From NCBI RefSeq assembly GCF_038025025.1, contig NW_027117339.1, forward strand, positions 2,728,001 to 2,776,568: 48,568 nt of DNA, written 5' to 3'. This stretch comes from Phyllosticta citribraziliensis. Its lineage: Eukaryota. The notes under the pieces are model-generated. The model had not been told where the DNA came from, made no database searches, and saw only the letters and a program-made list of their open reading frames with translations. Position numbers and translations under genes: made by a program. Positions 1-11,849 of this stretch are shown here, piece after piece. Positions within the stretch are counted from its first letter, which is position 1. Each line of letters starts with the position of its first letter.

Positions 1-3000
1 ATTAGCTAGGTAATAGATTATTACTAGTAATAATAAGATAAGAGATATTAAACTTATTATAGGTTTAAGACCTAATAGGGAGCTATAATATAGCCTAATT
101 ACTATATATATCTAGTATATAGTATAGGCTATTATTATAGTAATCTAGGGTAGCTAGCTAGCTATAAAGTATATAAGTATACTTAGTATAGATAAAAATA
201 TACTTACCTAGCTCTACTATATAACTCTAATAATATTAGTTTACTTATATAGCTATTTACTATTATATAACTAATAGGCTTTATCTTATCTCCTCCTAAA
301 CTTATTAGATAGTTTAGGTAAGGGCCTATATAGTTTATAACTAGAGGGAATAAGTATCTATAATTAGCCTATAAATACTATAGATAGCTACTTTAGTATT
401 AAAATTAAATTATAGTTTATAGCTATAGTAGATATAGAAGGGAGAGTAGCTATTAAGGCTCTCTTATAGTATACTATTAGTAGTAAACTATATAATAGAT
501 AATAGTAGTTTCTAATTATCCTAATAGAACCTAATAAATTATCTTAAGTAGTTCTTAAGGTCCTAGTTAGCTTATTTAGTTTATCTATTAGTTTAGGGAT
601 AATAGCTAGTAGATAGCTTTATACTAATACTAATAATATAAGTAAGGCCCTCCTATAAGTAAGAGATAAACTAGTTACTATAGTCTAAGATAATAGAGAG
701 AGGGAAACTATAAATAGTAAAGATATAGTCTATAAGTATATAAGCTATAGCTTTAGCTATAGTTCTATTATCTAAGGTATTTATAGTAATAAAGTAATAT
801 ACTTTACTAAAGTAGTTATATACTACTAGGATTATATCTATATCCTTACTATAGGATAGTAGACCTATAAAATCTATAGTAATATATTACTAGGGATATA
901 ATAGAATAGGTAGAGGCTATAGCTAGCTAGAGATTACTAGGTAAGTTTTATAGATCTAGATATATAAGGGATAGTTATGAATAACTTAGGTAATTAACTA
1001 GGTAAGATATAGAAACTAAAAATAGGGTATAAGTAGGTTATATAGCTAATTATAGCTAGGGTAGCTAGTAAGTAGCTACTTATAGATATAATAAATAAAG
1101 AGAGGTCTTAATTTAGTTAGGATAATAAGATAGCTATCTATAAAGATATTTCTATACCTATTAACTAAGAAGGGTAAGTCTAGCTTACCTACTTATCTTC
1201 TCTACTTATTTATCTTATTATTATTAGTAGCATTAGCTATAATTAAATAATATATAAGGAATAGCTCATTATTAGGGGTAATATCTATAGGAGTAAGCTC
1301 CTAAACCTTATATATATAAACTAAAAGTTTACTATCTAGTAGTAGGATTTAGTATTATTATTAGTACTAGGGGTTATTAGTACTAGGAGTATCCTATAGA
1401 TAGTAGGTAAGAGTATTAGCCTTAATATTAGTATAGCTAGGATAGTATATAATCTTAAAATTATATTTAGAGAAGAGTTTAGCCTAGTAGACTTATTAGT
1501 ATATTAGCTACTTAGTTATAGTAAAGTAGTATAGTATCTAGTAGTTAGTAAATACTATAAATAGTACCTAATAAGCCTTAAGATCTAGCTTCTATAGTTC
1601 TAAGGTATAAATAATAGCTAGGAGCTCCTTATTATAGATAGTATAGTTAAGCTCTACTAGGGCTATAGTCTTAGAGTAGTAGGTAATAGGGTATAGTTAG
1701 TTATTATTACTATACTATAAGAGTAAGCTACTATTTATCTAGTTAGATAAGTCTATTTTAACTACTATCTTATAAATAGGGTTAAAATAAGTAAGGACTA
1801 GTATAGTTAAGAGAGCCTTCTTAAGACTATTAAATAACTATTATTTAGTATTAGTCTAATACTATAGAATATCCTTATAAGTAAGCTAGATAAGTAGTCT
1901 TATAATCTTACTATAGTCCTTTATAAATTACTAGTAGAAATTAGTAGTACTAAGGAAGGACTAAACCTATTTTACTATTATAGGAAGTTCCTATAATATA
2001 ATTATATTAACTTTAGTAGGGTCTATATAGATACTATTAGTTAAGATAATAACTCCTAAAAACTTAGTCTTCTAGATATAGAACTTATACTTATTTATAT
2101 TAACTTATAAACTATACTCCTAAAGATAAGAAAGGACTTCCTAGATATAGTAATAGTACTCCTTAAGTATTTAGCTATAAATAAGGATATTATTAAGGTA
2201 TATAGTAGTATACTTACTAAGATAGTAAAATAAATACTTATTAATTAAGTACTACTAGGTACTAGGCCTATTAGCTATACTAAAGGGTATTACTAAGTAC
2301 TTATAGGTACTATATTAAGTATAGAATATAAGTAGGTCCTTAGTCTAAGAGTCTACTATATAGATATAGTAAAAAGCTTACTTAATATTAAGCTTAGTAA
2401 TATACTTAGTACCTTATATCTAGCTAATTATCTTATTAAGTAATAGTAAGGGATAGTAGTCCTTTTTTATAAGTTTATTAAGCTTCTAGTAATTAATATA
2501 GAAATAAATACTACTATTAGGCTTAGCTACTAATAAAATAGGTAAGGCTATACCTACCTTACTATACTCTAAGATACTAAGATTAAGACCCTCCTAGATA
2601 TAATACTTAATCTCTACTAATTAGATATTATTAGTATAGTAGAGGGGTATATAGTTAAGGTCTTTAAATTTAGTACTATCCTTTAGCTTAATCTTAAAGT
2701 CTATCTAAGGATAAGTATAGGGGAGTAGGTTATTATTATAGAATATACCTAATAGGTTATAGTACTTATAGGGGATAATATAATATAGGTAAAGCTTATT
2801 ACTACTAACTAGGGTATAAGTAGTTAGCTCTACTAAATAAAGTTTAGTATACTCTAGTTTATTAATAGGAGTAAATATATAGACTAAGTAGACTTTATAG
2901 CTATACTATTAATAAAGGATAGTAGTATTAAAGGTATTAATTAAAGTAATATTAGTTAAAGAGCTAGCCTAGCCCTAACTCTACTTATTAAGGTAACTAG

Positions 3001-3950
3001 TAGTCTCCTTAATAGAAGTAGAAACTAGTTTAAATAGCCCTTAGTACTAATAATAATATCTTAGCTAATAGAGGTACTCTAAGGGATAAGATTTATAGTA
3101 GTAGAGGTATTATAGCTTACTAACTTAATCTAAGCTAACTAAGAGGTATAGTAAGGCTAGTACTAGGATAGAGTTAAGAGGTTTATCTTAATATAGAATC
3201 TTAAATAGAGTTATAGTAGTAAGTAAAGATAGTAATATTAATAAGATAGGAGTTATAAATAACTAGGTATTATCCTAAGGGAAGGTTATACTTATAGTTA
3301 ATATTAGTAGTATTAAGGTTAACTTAGAAGAGTCTAAGGATAAAGATAAAGTCTAAGATACTATAGTAGTAGATAGTAAAGACTTAATTAGCTTATAGGC
3401 TATCTAAGGTTCTACTAATAAGATACCTCCTAACCTTAAGTAGTTCTAGTAAGTCTTCTTAGACTTTACCCCTCTAATACTTATTACTATATATCCTAAG
3501 TCTAGGATAAATCTAAACTGGTATATATAATCTAAGCTAATAAATAAATTATATATAGGACTAATCTAGGTAATTACTAGGAAAGTAAGTAGATTAAATA
3601 ATATAGTAGTACTATAATCTACTAAACTAAATAATAGACTAGTAATAAGCTTATAAGTAAGCTATTAGGTCTAGCTATAGGTATAGTTACTAATTATCTA
3701 GGGCTTATATAGCTACTACTTCTAAGTACTAGTAGAAATAAGTTTATACTTAAAGGACTAACTTATATATAGGCTACTAGTATAGCCTTAATTAATAAGG
3801 ATATAGACTAGCTATAGGGGTATATTAGGATATATATAAATATATATAGTATAAGAATAGTAAGAAGGACTAGTAACTCTATTCTTTAATTATATTAAAT
3901 AATTAATAGCTATCTTATAGGTACTACCTTCTATTATAGTTTTATAGGAG
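1..3950 (-). pseudogene. E1 pol relic (protease, RT, RNase H, integrase)
   Basis: De-RIP readings: protease ILVDxGC (~3776-3802); RT 'FCIDYRKLN...DRYPLP' (~2450-2510); YLDD as tac ctt aat aat (2189-2200); integrase 'LQPLPIP..PWQHITMDF' (~865-930) and 'HGFPLSIISDRG.QF' (~665-712). Confidence 0.9.
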
Positions 3951-3951
3951 G

Positions 3952-5650
3952 CTACCTATTTCCTAATATCTTATCTAAGGCTATAATATTACCTTTACTA
4001 ATAATAGTAAATTCTAGCTCTTTAATTATATCTATAAACTCCTTAGTAACCTCCTCTATAACTACTATACTATGAGTAAAGGTATATAGTTAGCTAATAG
4101 GGTCTAGGTATAGATAATCCTTAATCTAGTAGTCTAGATTATTATAATACTAATAACTATAGGAGCTAGGGGTTACTTCCTACTTTATAATAGTAGCTAG
4201 GACTACTACTAGGGTTACCTAATATAATAAACTAACTAATAGGCTATAAACTATAGCCTTATTTCTAACTAATTAGGAACTTAAACCTAGGTCTACTATT
4301 ACCTTACTAATATTAGCTACTTACTCTAAGTTACCTAGGAGCTTATTATAGTTAGTTATAATTTAGGCTATAGTAACTAACTAAAGTAGTCTAGTTAGCC
4401 TCTAGAGTAGCTAGTCCTTACTTATTTTAGTATCCTAGCTAGCCTAGTGTAGGCGGGACCAGCTACTTACTAATATACTTACTTAGCTAGCTAAGGTGCT
4501 AGCGCTAGAAGAGGTATAAGAGATAGTAACTAGTAGTAAATAAGTAGGCTCTATAGGATAGGAATAAAATAACTACTAAACTAACTAAAATAAGCTACTA
4601 TCTAGCCATCGCTTTACTATCTAAGTAGTATAAGATTTAGGTATAAATAATAAGTATAAATAAATAAATAACTAAGTATTTAGTAGATAATAGTTTAACT
4701 AAGTATAAAAGACTTTATTTATATAAGTAGTGCCTCTTAATAAGCAGCTATAAAAGGGGGTATATAACTAGCTAATCTACTACTAAAAATACTAATAGTA
4801 TAAAACCTCCTATTACTACTAAAGATACTAAATTTACCTATACTTTTATTAGCTATTATTATTACTACTAAACTATATAGAACTATACCTTCCTAGTATC
4901 CTAGAGCTACCTATAGTCTTATTTTCTTACTAGCCTAATCTTCTACTCATATCTAAGCTAAAACTATAGCCAAGAATGAGGACTATAATTACTAAAAGTA
5001 ACTATTAAAAGCCGTAAAAACCGTGCCGGCCAGCAGTGCTATACTAGTAAGTAAGGATCTAGTATATATAGAGATCCTATTTAAAACTAGTACTAGAGCT
5101 AGAGATTAAATATAGCTAGGTAAGCTATAAGAGGGTATAGCTATATATATTAGTAATACTAAATAGGCTATCTAATATAGCCTAGATCTTAAGAGGATTA
5201 GTCTTATTATAGTTACTAATAATAATAGTATATATAGCTATATCTAAGAGGTATAATTAGATATATATAGCCTTTACTATATTATCTAGAAAGTAGGCCT
5301 TATTAAATAATAGCTTATTAAGAATATTTTAATACTAGATATAATAGTCCTCTAGTATGCCCTTACTATTAAAATATTTAGGATTAGTAAGTTAGTACTA
5401 GACCTTATAGACTAGTATCTTACTATAGTTAACTAGTTTACTATAAGTAGTAAGTACCTATATAAGCTCTACTAGAAGCTTATAAGTTAATAATTTAGGG
5501 TTATTAATTCTTAGGGGTAGGTTATTATCCCTAGTAGAGCTAGAAATAACTAGAGGGCTAGATAATAGACTAGTAGCTAAAGACTATTAGCTAGCTATTA
5601 GTAAGATTTAGGGAGTAGCTAATAGTACTATACTACTAATAGAGATTTAG
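3952..5650 (-). pseudogene. E1 gag relic, interrupted by solo LTR-A copy 1
   Basis: CX2CX4HX4C knuckle (CWHCNNPDHWIKDC, ~4110-4155). Gag-like segment 'LPDPEHFDGK...W...ILDKL' (~5310-5395). Slippery-site-like ttaggaaataggtag (GGGAAAT then stop) at 3952-3966. The start is approximate. Confidence 0.75.
4448..5043 (-). mobile_element. Solo LTR-A copy 1 (596 bp) with CTAG 4-bp TSD
   Basis: Reverse-complement match to 7606-8201 and 25321-25916, same length. Flanked by ctag at 4444-4447 and 5044-5047. Host gag continues on both sides. Confidence 0.92.
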
Positions 5651-5925
5651 CTACTCTTAGCTATTATATAGCTTACTAACTATATAATATAATAAGATAA
5701 GCTATCTCTATTACCTTTAGAACTATCTAGGCCTAAAATCTTACTTATATACCTTATTAGAGGCTATAGAGTATAAACTTAATAATACCTAGAGCTTCTA
5801 GTATACCTATTAATATAGTATTTTATCCTAATACCTTATAGGGTAGGATAGAAGTAAGAGAACTTATTAGTAAGGAGTAGATAGAAAATCTATACCCTCT
5901 ATAAGTAAAATTAACCTATTAATAG

Positions 5926-6145
5926 TATTATAGTACCTAGTAGAGTAAATTAATACTAACTACTAATAATTAATAGGTAAGGAGTAAGAGTAGTTATTAT
6001 AAAGCCTATATAGGAAGACTATCTACTCCTTATAGCTAATACTAACTATATATAGCTAGTATATAGGAGAAAGGTATTACTAAAACCTAGAAATACTAGA
6101 GGTGTGCTAGTATATATAATACTAGATATACTAGTATATATAATA
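5926..6145 (-). repeat. Putative 5' LTR of E1 (~220 bp)
   Basis: Bounded by inverted termini tattata...tataata, consistent with RIP-mutated TGT...ACA. Lies between E1 gag and the break in E2 integrase. The partner LTR is not in the window. Confidence 0.5.
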
Positions 6146-9077
6146 GTAGTAGCTTAATACTAATCTATAGGTTATAGCTATAGTTAGTAAAGAATAGGGA
6201 TATACTAATAGAAGAGTTAATATAATTATTAAGTATAAACTCTATATAGGGAAGCTAGAATATCTAGTTATTTTAATAGTAGTTAATAAAGGTATAGAGG
6301 ATATTTTTAATAGACTTATTAGTCACCTTAGTCTAGCTATTAGTCTTAGGGTATTAGGTAGAAGAGTACTTAATCTTAATACTATAGTAGTTATAGATAT
6401 ACCTCTAGACCTAGGCTAATATAATACTTCTATAGTTATTAATAAACTCCTTATAAAAGCTATATATATAGAAGAGGTACTAGGTAATTACTTTATATAA
6501 GGAATTAATACTATTATCTAGTAACCCTTCTAGAATAATAGCCTCTATAAGATAGTTAACTATAATAAGGATATAGGAGTAGTCTTAGTTATAGAAGTAG
6601 AAACTAGAAAGGTACTTAATAAAGTTAAAGCTAATACTAGTCTAGTAGTAGACTAGTAGGTTAAGTAGTTAAAGAAACCCCTACTTCTTCTAGTTACTAG
6701 TAGAGGAATAGTAGTAATAGGTATAGGTATAAGTAAAGATTAGATAGTTATTCTTTAAATTAGACTAGTAGTAAGAATAACTAATAAGTTTACTTATTAA
6801 CTTATAGCTAGGGTAGCTAAGGTATAGTAGAAGATAATAAGCTTATATAACTCTTAGATAGAGCTCTATATTATTAGGGATAAAGAGCTAGTTCTTTATA
6901 AATAGCTAGCTATTCTCTACTTTTAAGTATCTTATATAGAAATAGTAGCCCTTCTTAATAAGGAGTATAGGGATTTTTAGATCCTAGTTCTATATAGCTA
7001 TAATAAGGTACTATATATCCTTATTAGCCTTATAGGCCTTAGTAATAAGTTCTTATAGATAGGTAGTACTAGGTACCCTATAGCCCTTCTCTAATAGAGT
7101 AGGGGGTATAGCTAGAGAGCTCTAGTAAGGAGAAATAGGGGTAGGATAGCTTATAGTATAAGGTATTATAGAGAGGTAGGAGATAGTAGGTAGTAAGGCT
7201 AGGTTAAAGTAGTATTATTTTAGGACTATTTAGTATTAGTATAACTAGTAGGTATTTAAATTATCTTAGAGAAGGTTCTAGAAGTACCTAATAAGAAAAT
7301 TAGGCTTCTTATCTTACTTACCTAGGTAGTATATAATCTTAAAGTTAAATTTAGATAGGAACTTAGCCTAATAGGCTTACTAGTAGTTAAGATTCTTAGT
7401 TATTATAAATTATTCTAGGTTTTTATAGTTAGAGAAGATCTTTACTAAGTTATTAGGTTCTATACTAATAGCCTTAGGGTACTAGGCCTCTAGTACTTTA
7501 ATAATAGTAAAGAGCTCTTTATTATAGATCTTATAGTTATACTCTATAGGGGATATCTTCTTAGAGAAGAAGGCTACTAGATAGAGCTATTTATTAATAA
7601 CCTAGTGTAGCACTACTAGCCGGCACGGTTTTCGCGGCTTTTAATAGGTACTTTTAGTAATTGTAGTTCTTATTCTTAGCTGCGGTTTTAGCTTAGATAC
7701 AAGTAGAAGATTAGGCTAGTAAGAAAATAAGACTATAGGCAGCTCTAGAATACTAGGAAGGTATAGTTCTATACAGTTTAGTAGTAATAATAATGGCTAA
7801 TAAAAGTATAAGTAAATTTAGTATCTTTAGTAGTAATAGGAGGTTTTACACTATTAGTATTTTTAGTAGTAGATTAGCTAGTTATATACCCCCTTTTATA
7901 GCTACTTATTAAGAGGCACCACTTATATAAATGAAGTCTTTTATACTTAGTTAAACTATTATCTACTAAATACTTAGTTATTTATTTATTTATACTTATT
8001 ATTTACATCTAAATCTTGTACTACTTAGATAGTAAAGTAATAGCTAGATAGTAGCTTATTTTAGTTAGTTTAGTAGTTATTTTATTCCTATCCTATAGAG
8101 CCTACTTATTTACTACTAGTTACTATCTCTTATACCTCTTCTAGTGCTGGCATCTTGGCCGGCTAAGCAAGTATATTAGTAAGTAGCTAGTCCCGCCCAC
8201 ACTAGGATAGTATACTAGTAGTAATAAAGTTAGAGGTATTTATTTTAATCTAGGTTTCTTACTTAGGGTTAAAGTAGGTAAGAGTTAAGGTAGAGGTAAA
8301 TATAGTCTTAAAGGCCTAGAAGGTATATTTATACTTAGGGGTCTAATCTAGGGTAGTATAGATATAGTACTTCTTTCCTAAAGGAGTAGTCTTTAGCTCT
8401 CCCTTTATAAGTTCTATAAAAGGGTAGGTAAGTAAAGAGAAGTCCTTAATAAAGTAGTAATAGAAGTTAGTAAAACTAAGAAAAGTTTAAATATCCTTAA
8501 TAGACTTTAGAGTATACTAGTTTAGTACTACCTTTATCTTCTTAAGGTCTATATAGATACTATTAATACTAATAAGAAGGCTAAGGTATTTAACTTCTTC
8601 TATATAGAACTTATACTTATAGATATTAATAAAGAGTTTCCTATTAAGGAGGTAGGTAATAACTTTCTAGATATACTCTCTATATTCTTCTAGTATCTTA
8701 TTAAAGATAAGAATATTATTAAGGTAGGCTATAGCCTAAAGGTTAAGGTAGTTTTTAAGGGAGTTATTAATATAGCTTTAAAAGGTTCTAGGGGTATTAT
8801 AGAGTCTAAAAGGTATAATAAGGTATTTAAACTATCTATAGTAAGTAGTAAAGGCTATCTTCTACTTATCTCCTATAGTAATTTAGATATAGTTAAATAT
8901 AGTAATAATATTAAGCTTTATAAAGTACTTATAGCCTTAGAGGTACTAGAGAGTTTTATTTATATTAGGGATTAGGTACTAGTTCTTAATAGTAATCTTA
9001 TTAAGACCCCTATAGTTAATATAAACCTAGAGGCCTCTATTAGGCTTCTAAATAATAAGTATTAGGGCTATAGCTAG
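6146..9077 (-). pseudogene. E2 pol relic, distal part (RT, RNase H, integrase core)
   Basis: YLDD at 8715-8726; RNase H 'ETDASD' (~8228-8248) and 'ECNYEIYDKELLA' (~7505-7545); integrase 'SSAQHPETDGQTEVTNK' (~6315-6370). Confidence 0.9.
7606..8201 (+). mobile_element. Solo LTR-A copy 2 (596 bp) with CTAG 4-bp TSD
   Basis: Intact TGT...ACA termini (tgtagcac...cgcccaca). ctag at 7602-7605 and 8202-8205. Removing the LTR plus one ctag restores the RNase H frame of E2. Confidence 0.95.
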
Positions 9078-9663
9078 TATTATAGGCTAATAGGTCACCT
9101 GATTAGTAGGCTGGTTCTAAGTAACTATCTAGTTAATAATAAGGTATATAAGTATAGGAGATAAAGCTAAGTAAGAAGGGTATATAATAAGGTATAAGTT
9201 AAGTTAGTAGGGAGTCTACTTAGGAGTATTAATTATAAGAAAATAAAGATGGCTATCTATAGTATTTATATAATAAAATCCTTTTTATATTCTATTACCT
9301 AACTTACCTTAGGAATTATAACTAAAGGAAGGTAGGTACTATAAGAGAAGAGACCTTATCTTAATTCTAAATTATATAGTAGTTTACTAGCTTATTAATA
9401 GTAATATACTTCTTAAAACTAACTACTTAACTAAGTCCCTACTATAGGTATAGGAGGTTCTATTCTTATTTCTATTATTATATTAGTAATATATATATAG
9501 GTACTAGGGTTAAATTATCTAAGTAGCTATAGCTCTTAAGGAGTTAGGTAACTTTAGTATATATAGCTTATAGTTATAGCTAGTAGTTATAGTATAGGTA
9601 TACCTAGTACTTAATACTAAGTAGTATTTAATATAATTATAGGTTTTTAGCTAACCTATAATA
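9078..9663 (-). repeat. E3 3' LTR
   Basis: Direct repeat of 17387-17972, adjacent to the polypurine tract. Confidence 0.95.
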
Positions 9664-9674
9664 TTACCCCCCTC
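9664..9674 (-). other. E3 polypurine tract
   Basis: Reads gaggggggtaa on the minus strand immediately before the 3' LTR. Confidence 0.85.
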
Positions 9675-10151
9675 TAGGTTTAGCCTAAGGTATACCTATA
9701 GGTAAGAATAGTTATCTTATTTAGGTATTATACCTTAGTACCTTAGTAGGTATAGATTAGGTTTAAGTATTTAGCTCTATATAGGGAGTTAGTTTATCTT
9801 AAAGCTTCTATATACCTAGAATACTAGAGTAGGTACTCTAGTAGGTATACCTATAGCTATACCTATAGGTATAAGTCTAGTATAAAGGCTTTCTACCCCT
9901 ATCTCTAGCTCTAATCTTTATTACTATACTTATTATACCCTACCTCTTATCTTCTTTAGTAAGTTTACCCTTAGCCTATAGTATAGCCTTAACTAACTAA
10001 TAATCTAAGGCCTTTATTATAACTAGCTTTACCCTAATTAATTATCCTATAAGTTCTAATAGTTCTAGTTATTCTAGTAGTATAGATAGTAGTTTATAAG
10101 ATAAGTAAAGCCTTATTCTTAAGGTTTAAGTATTTAGTACTAATAACTTAT

Positions 10152-11789
10152 ATAGCTAGTAGTAATAGTTCCTCTAGTAGATCTTTAGAGTTTATACCTT
10201 TATATTCTTTAATACCTACTCTTACTAGCTAGCCTTATACTACTAGTCCTATATATACTCCTACCTATTTAGTTACTTTATCTATATATACTATATTATA
10301 TAGCTATACTACTCCTTCTAATAGTACTTCTACTATTACTTACTATTATACTTAGGCTTACTAATCTAAATATATATATCCTAGTATTAGTCCTTCTTAT
10401 AGCTCTATTAATCTAATTATAGGCCCTTCTAACTATCTACCTTTACCTTATTACCTTTACTAGTAGCCCTTACCTATATATAAAGGAAAGGGAAGAGCTA
10501 AGGAAGAGTCTAGTTCTAAGAGTTCTAGTAGGGGTTCTTTAGGCTTATCTTTACTAGAACCTAAACCTAAAGGATTTAATAAAGGTGGTATATATATCCT
10601 ATACTTAGGGGAGGTTTAGGCTACTTTAAGTAGGGTAAATAATCTATCTATTCTTTAGCTTAGAATTATACTAATAGAATCCTAGGCTCTAGGAAGTAAT
10701 ATTACCTATAGTATATATAAGGAGCTCCTATTATTACCCTATAGCTATATAGGTATTCTTATAGTTCCCTCTATTTTAGTAAATAACCTAGTATATTATT
10801 ATTCTTAAGCTTCTACTATAGCTATCTAGTTTACTAGTATCCTATAGGTAATAGGTTATAAGTACTATATATATATAGTACTACTAGGTAGTATTTACTA
10901 TCTATTTATTAGTTATTACTAGGTCCTAGGTTCCTTTAGTAGTAGCTATAGTAACTATAAGTAAGATAATAGTACTTCCTCTTATAGTATATATAACCCT
11001 AATAACTATATTTATAATAACTAGTATAATCTATTAGGTAAGGTCCCTAATTATTTAGATAACTTTATAGCTAGTCTTAGTAGTTTATCCTTAGAGAATA
11101 AGCCTATACTAGATACTAGAGCTTCTTTATCTAGGGAGACTAAGGCTAGCCCTACTAGTCTATTTATTAATATACCTTTACCTATATATATACTAGCTAT
11201 TCTATCTACTAGTTCTACTTCTACTACTTCTACTATATCTACTACTTCTTTACCTAGTAGTACTACTCTTTCTAAGTAGGAGGTAATAGTTCTATATATA
11301 CCTATAGGTTATCCTAGTTATATAGTTCCTATAGTCCCCTTAATAGCCTACTCTTCTTTATCCTTACCTATACCTAATAAGTATATTCCTTCTAATAAGC
11401 TAGGTCCTTCTTCCTTATCTAAGGAGTCTAGCCCTTCTTCTTTATCTAGTATATCTAGCTATAGTAGTACTAGCCTACTAGTATATATAGCTTCTCTACC
11501 TATTCCTAGTTCCTCTACTACTATACTATTATTAGTTTCTAGTCCTAAGATATCCTCCTTATCTTCCTTATTATTACTATTACCTACTCCTATAGTGCCT
11601 ATCTATACCTATACCTAAATTATTACCCCTTAGGGTTCCCTAGTTAGTTTCTTTAGTAATAATACCTTTATAGACTACTAGGGTATACCTCTACTACTAT
11701 ATAGTCTAGGTAATTAGCTTTAGGCTAAGGCTCTTACCTATTAGTCTAAGGCTAAGGGTTTATAGGAGGGAGAGGAGGAAGAGCCTTAA
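10152..11789 (+). pseudogene. E3 accessory ORF relic, antisense to gag-pol; Ser/Pro-rich protein with a DUF3716-like Cys cluster
   Basis: One continuous frame in which every stop is a RIP-type TAA/TAG. Unmutated KGKGRA at 10482-10499. De-RIP 'AMAIQFTG....GCEHC.........PFVGCRRVPGSFGGSCGNCK......SCS' at ~10815-10988. Acidic C-terminus EGEEEEP. The start is approximate. Confidence 0.7.
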
Positions 11790-11849
11790 TAGTCTACTTT
11801 CTTAGTATATAGTAGGTTTTTCCTAGGGGTATCCTACTTTTTCTAATAG

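Larger units (their letters stand above)
1..6145 (-). mobile_element. E1: Ty3/gypsy LTR retrotransposon relic, 3' part outside the window, inserted into the integrase of E2
   Basis: Minus-strand order is LTR, gag, PR, RT, RNase H, integrase. The E2 integrase reading frame stops abruptly at ~6146, where the putative E1 5' LTR begins. Confidence 0.85.

Noticed and set aside
4448..8201. Inverted 596-bp repeats resembling terminal inverted repeats of a DNA transposon
   Set aside because: Each copy has its own 4-bp TSD and interrupts a different host ORF, so they are independent solo LTRs.
9686..9875. Repeated palindromes such as tatacctataggtata
   Set aside because: RIP converts CA, TG and CG into TA, which generates spurious palindromes. 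A function cannot be supported.
11200..11600. Acidic minus-strand reading as a sense extension of E3 pol or an env-like gene
   Set aside because: The plus-strand frame is continuous with the KGKGRA and Cys-cluster region. The acidic reading is the expected antisense of Ser-rich codons, and I see no env features.
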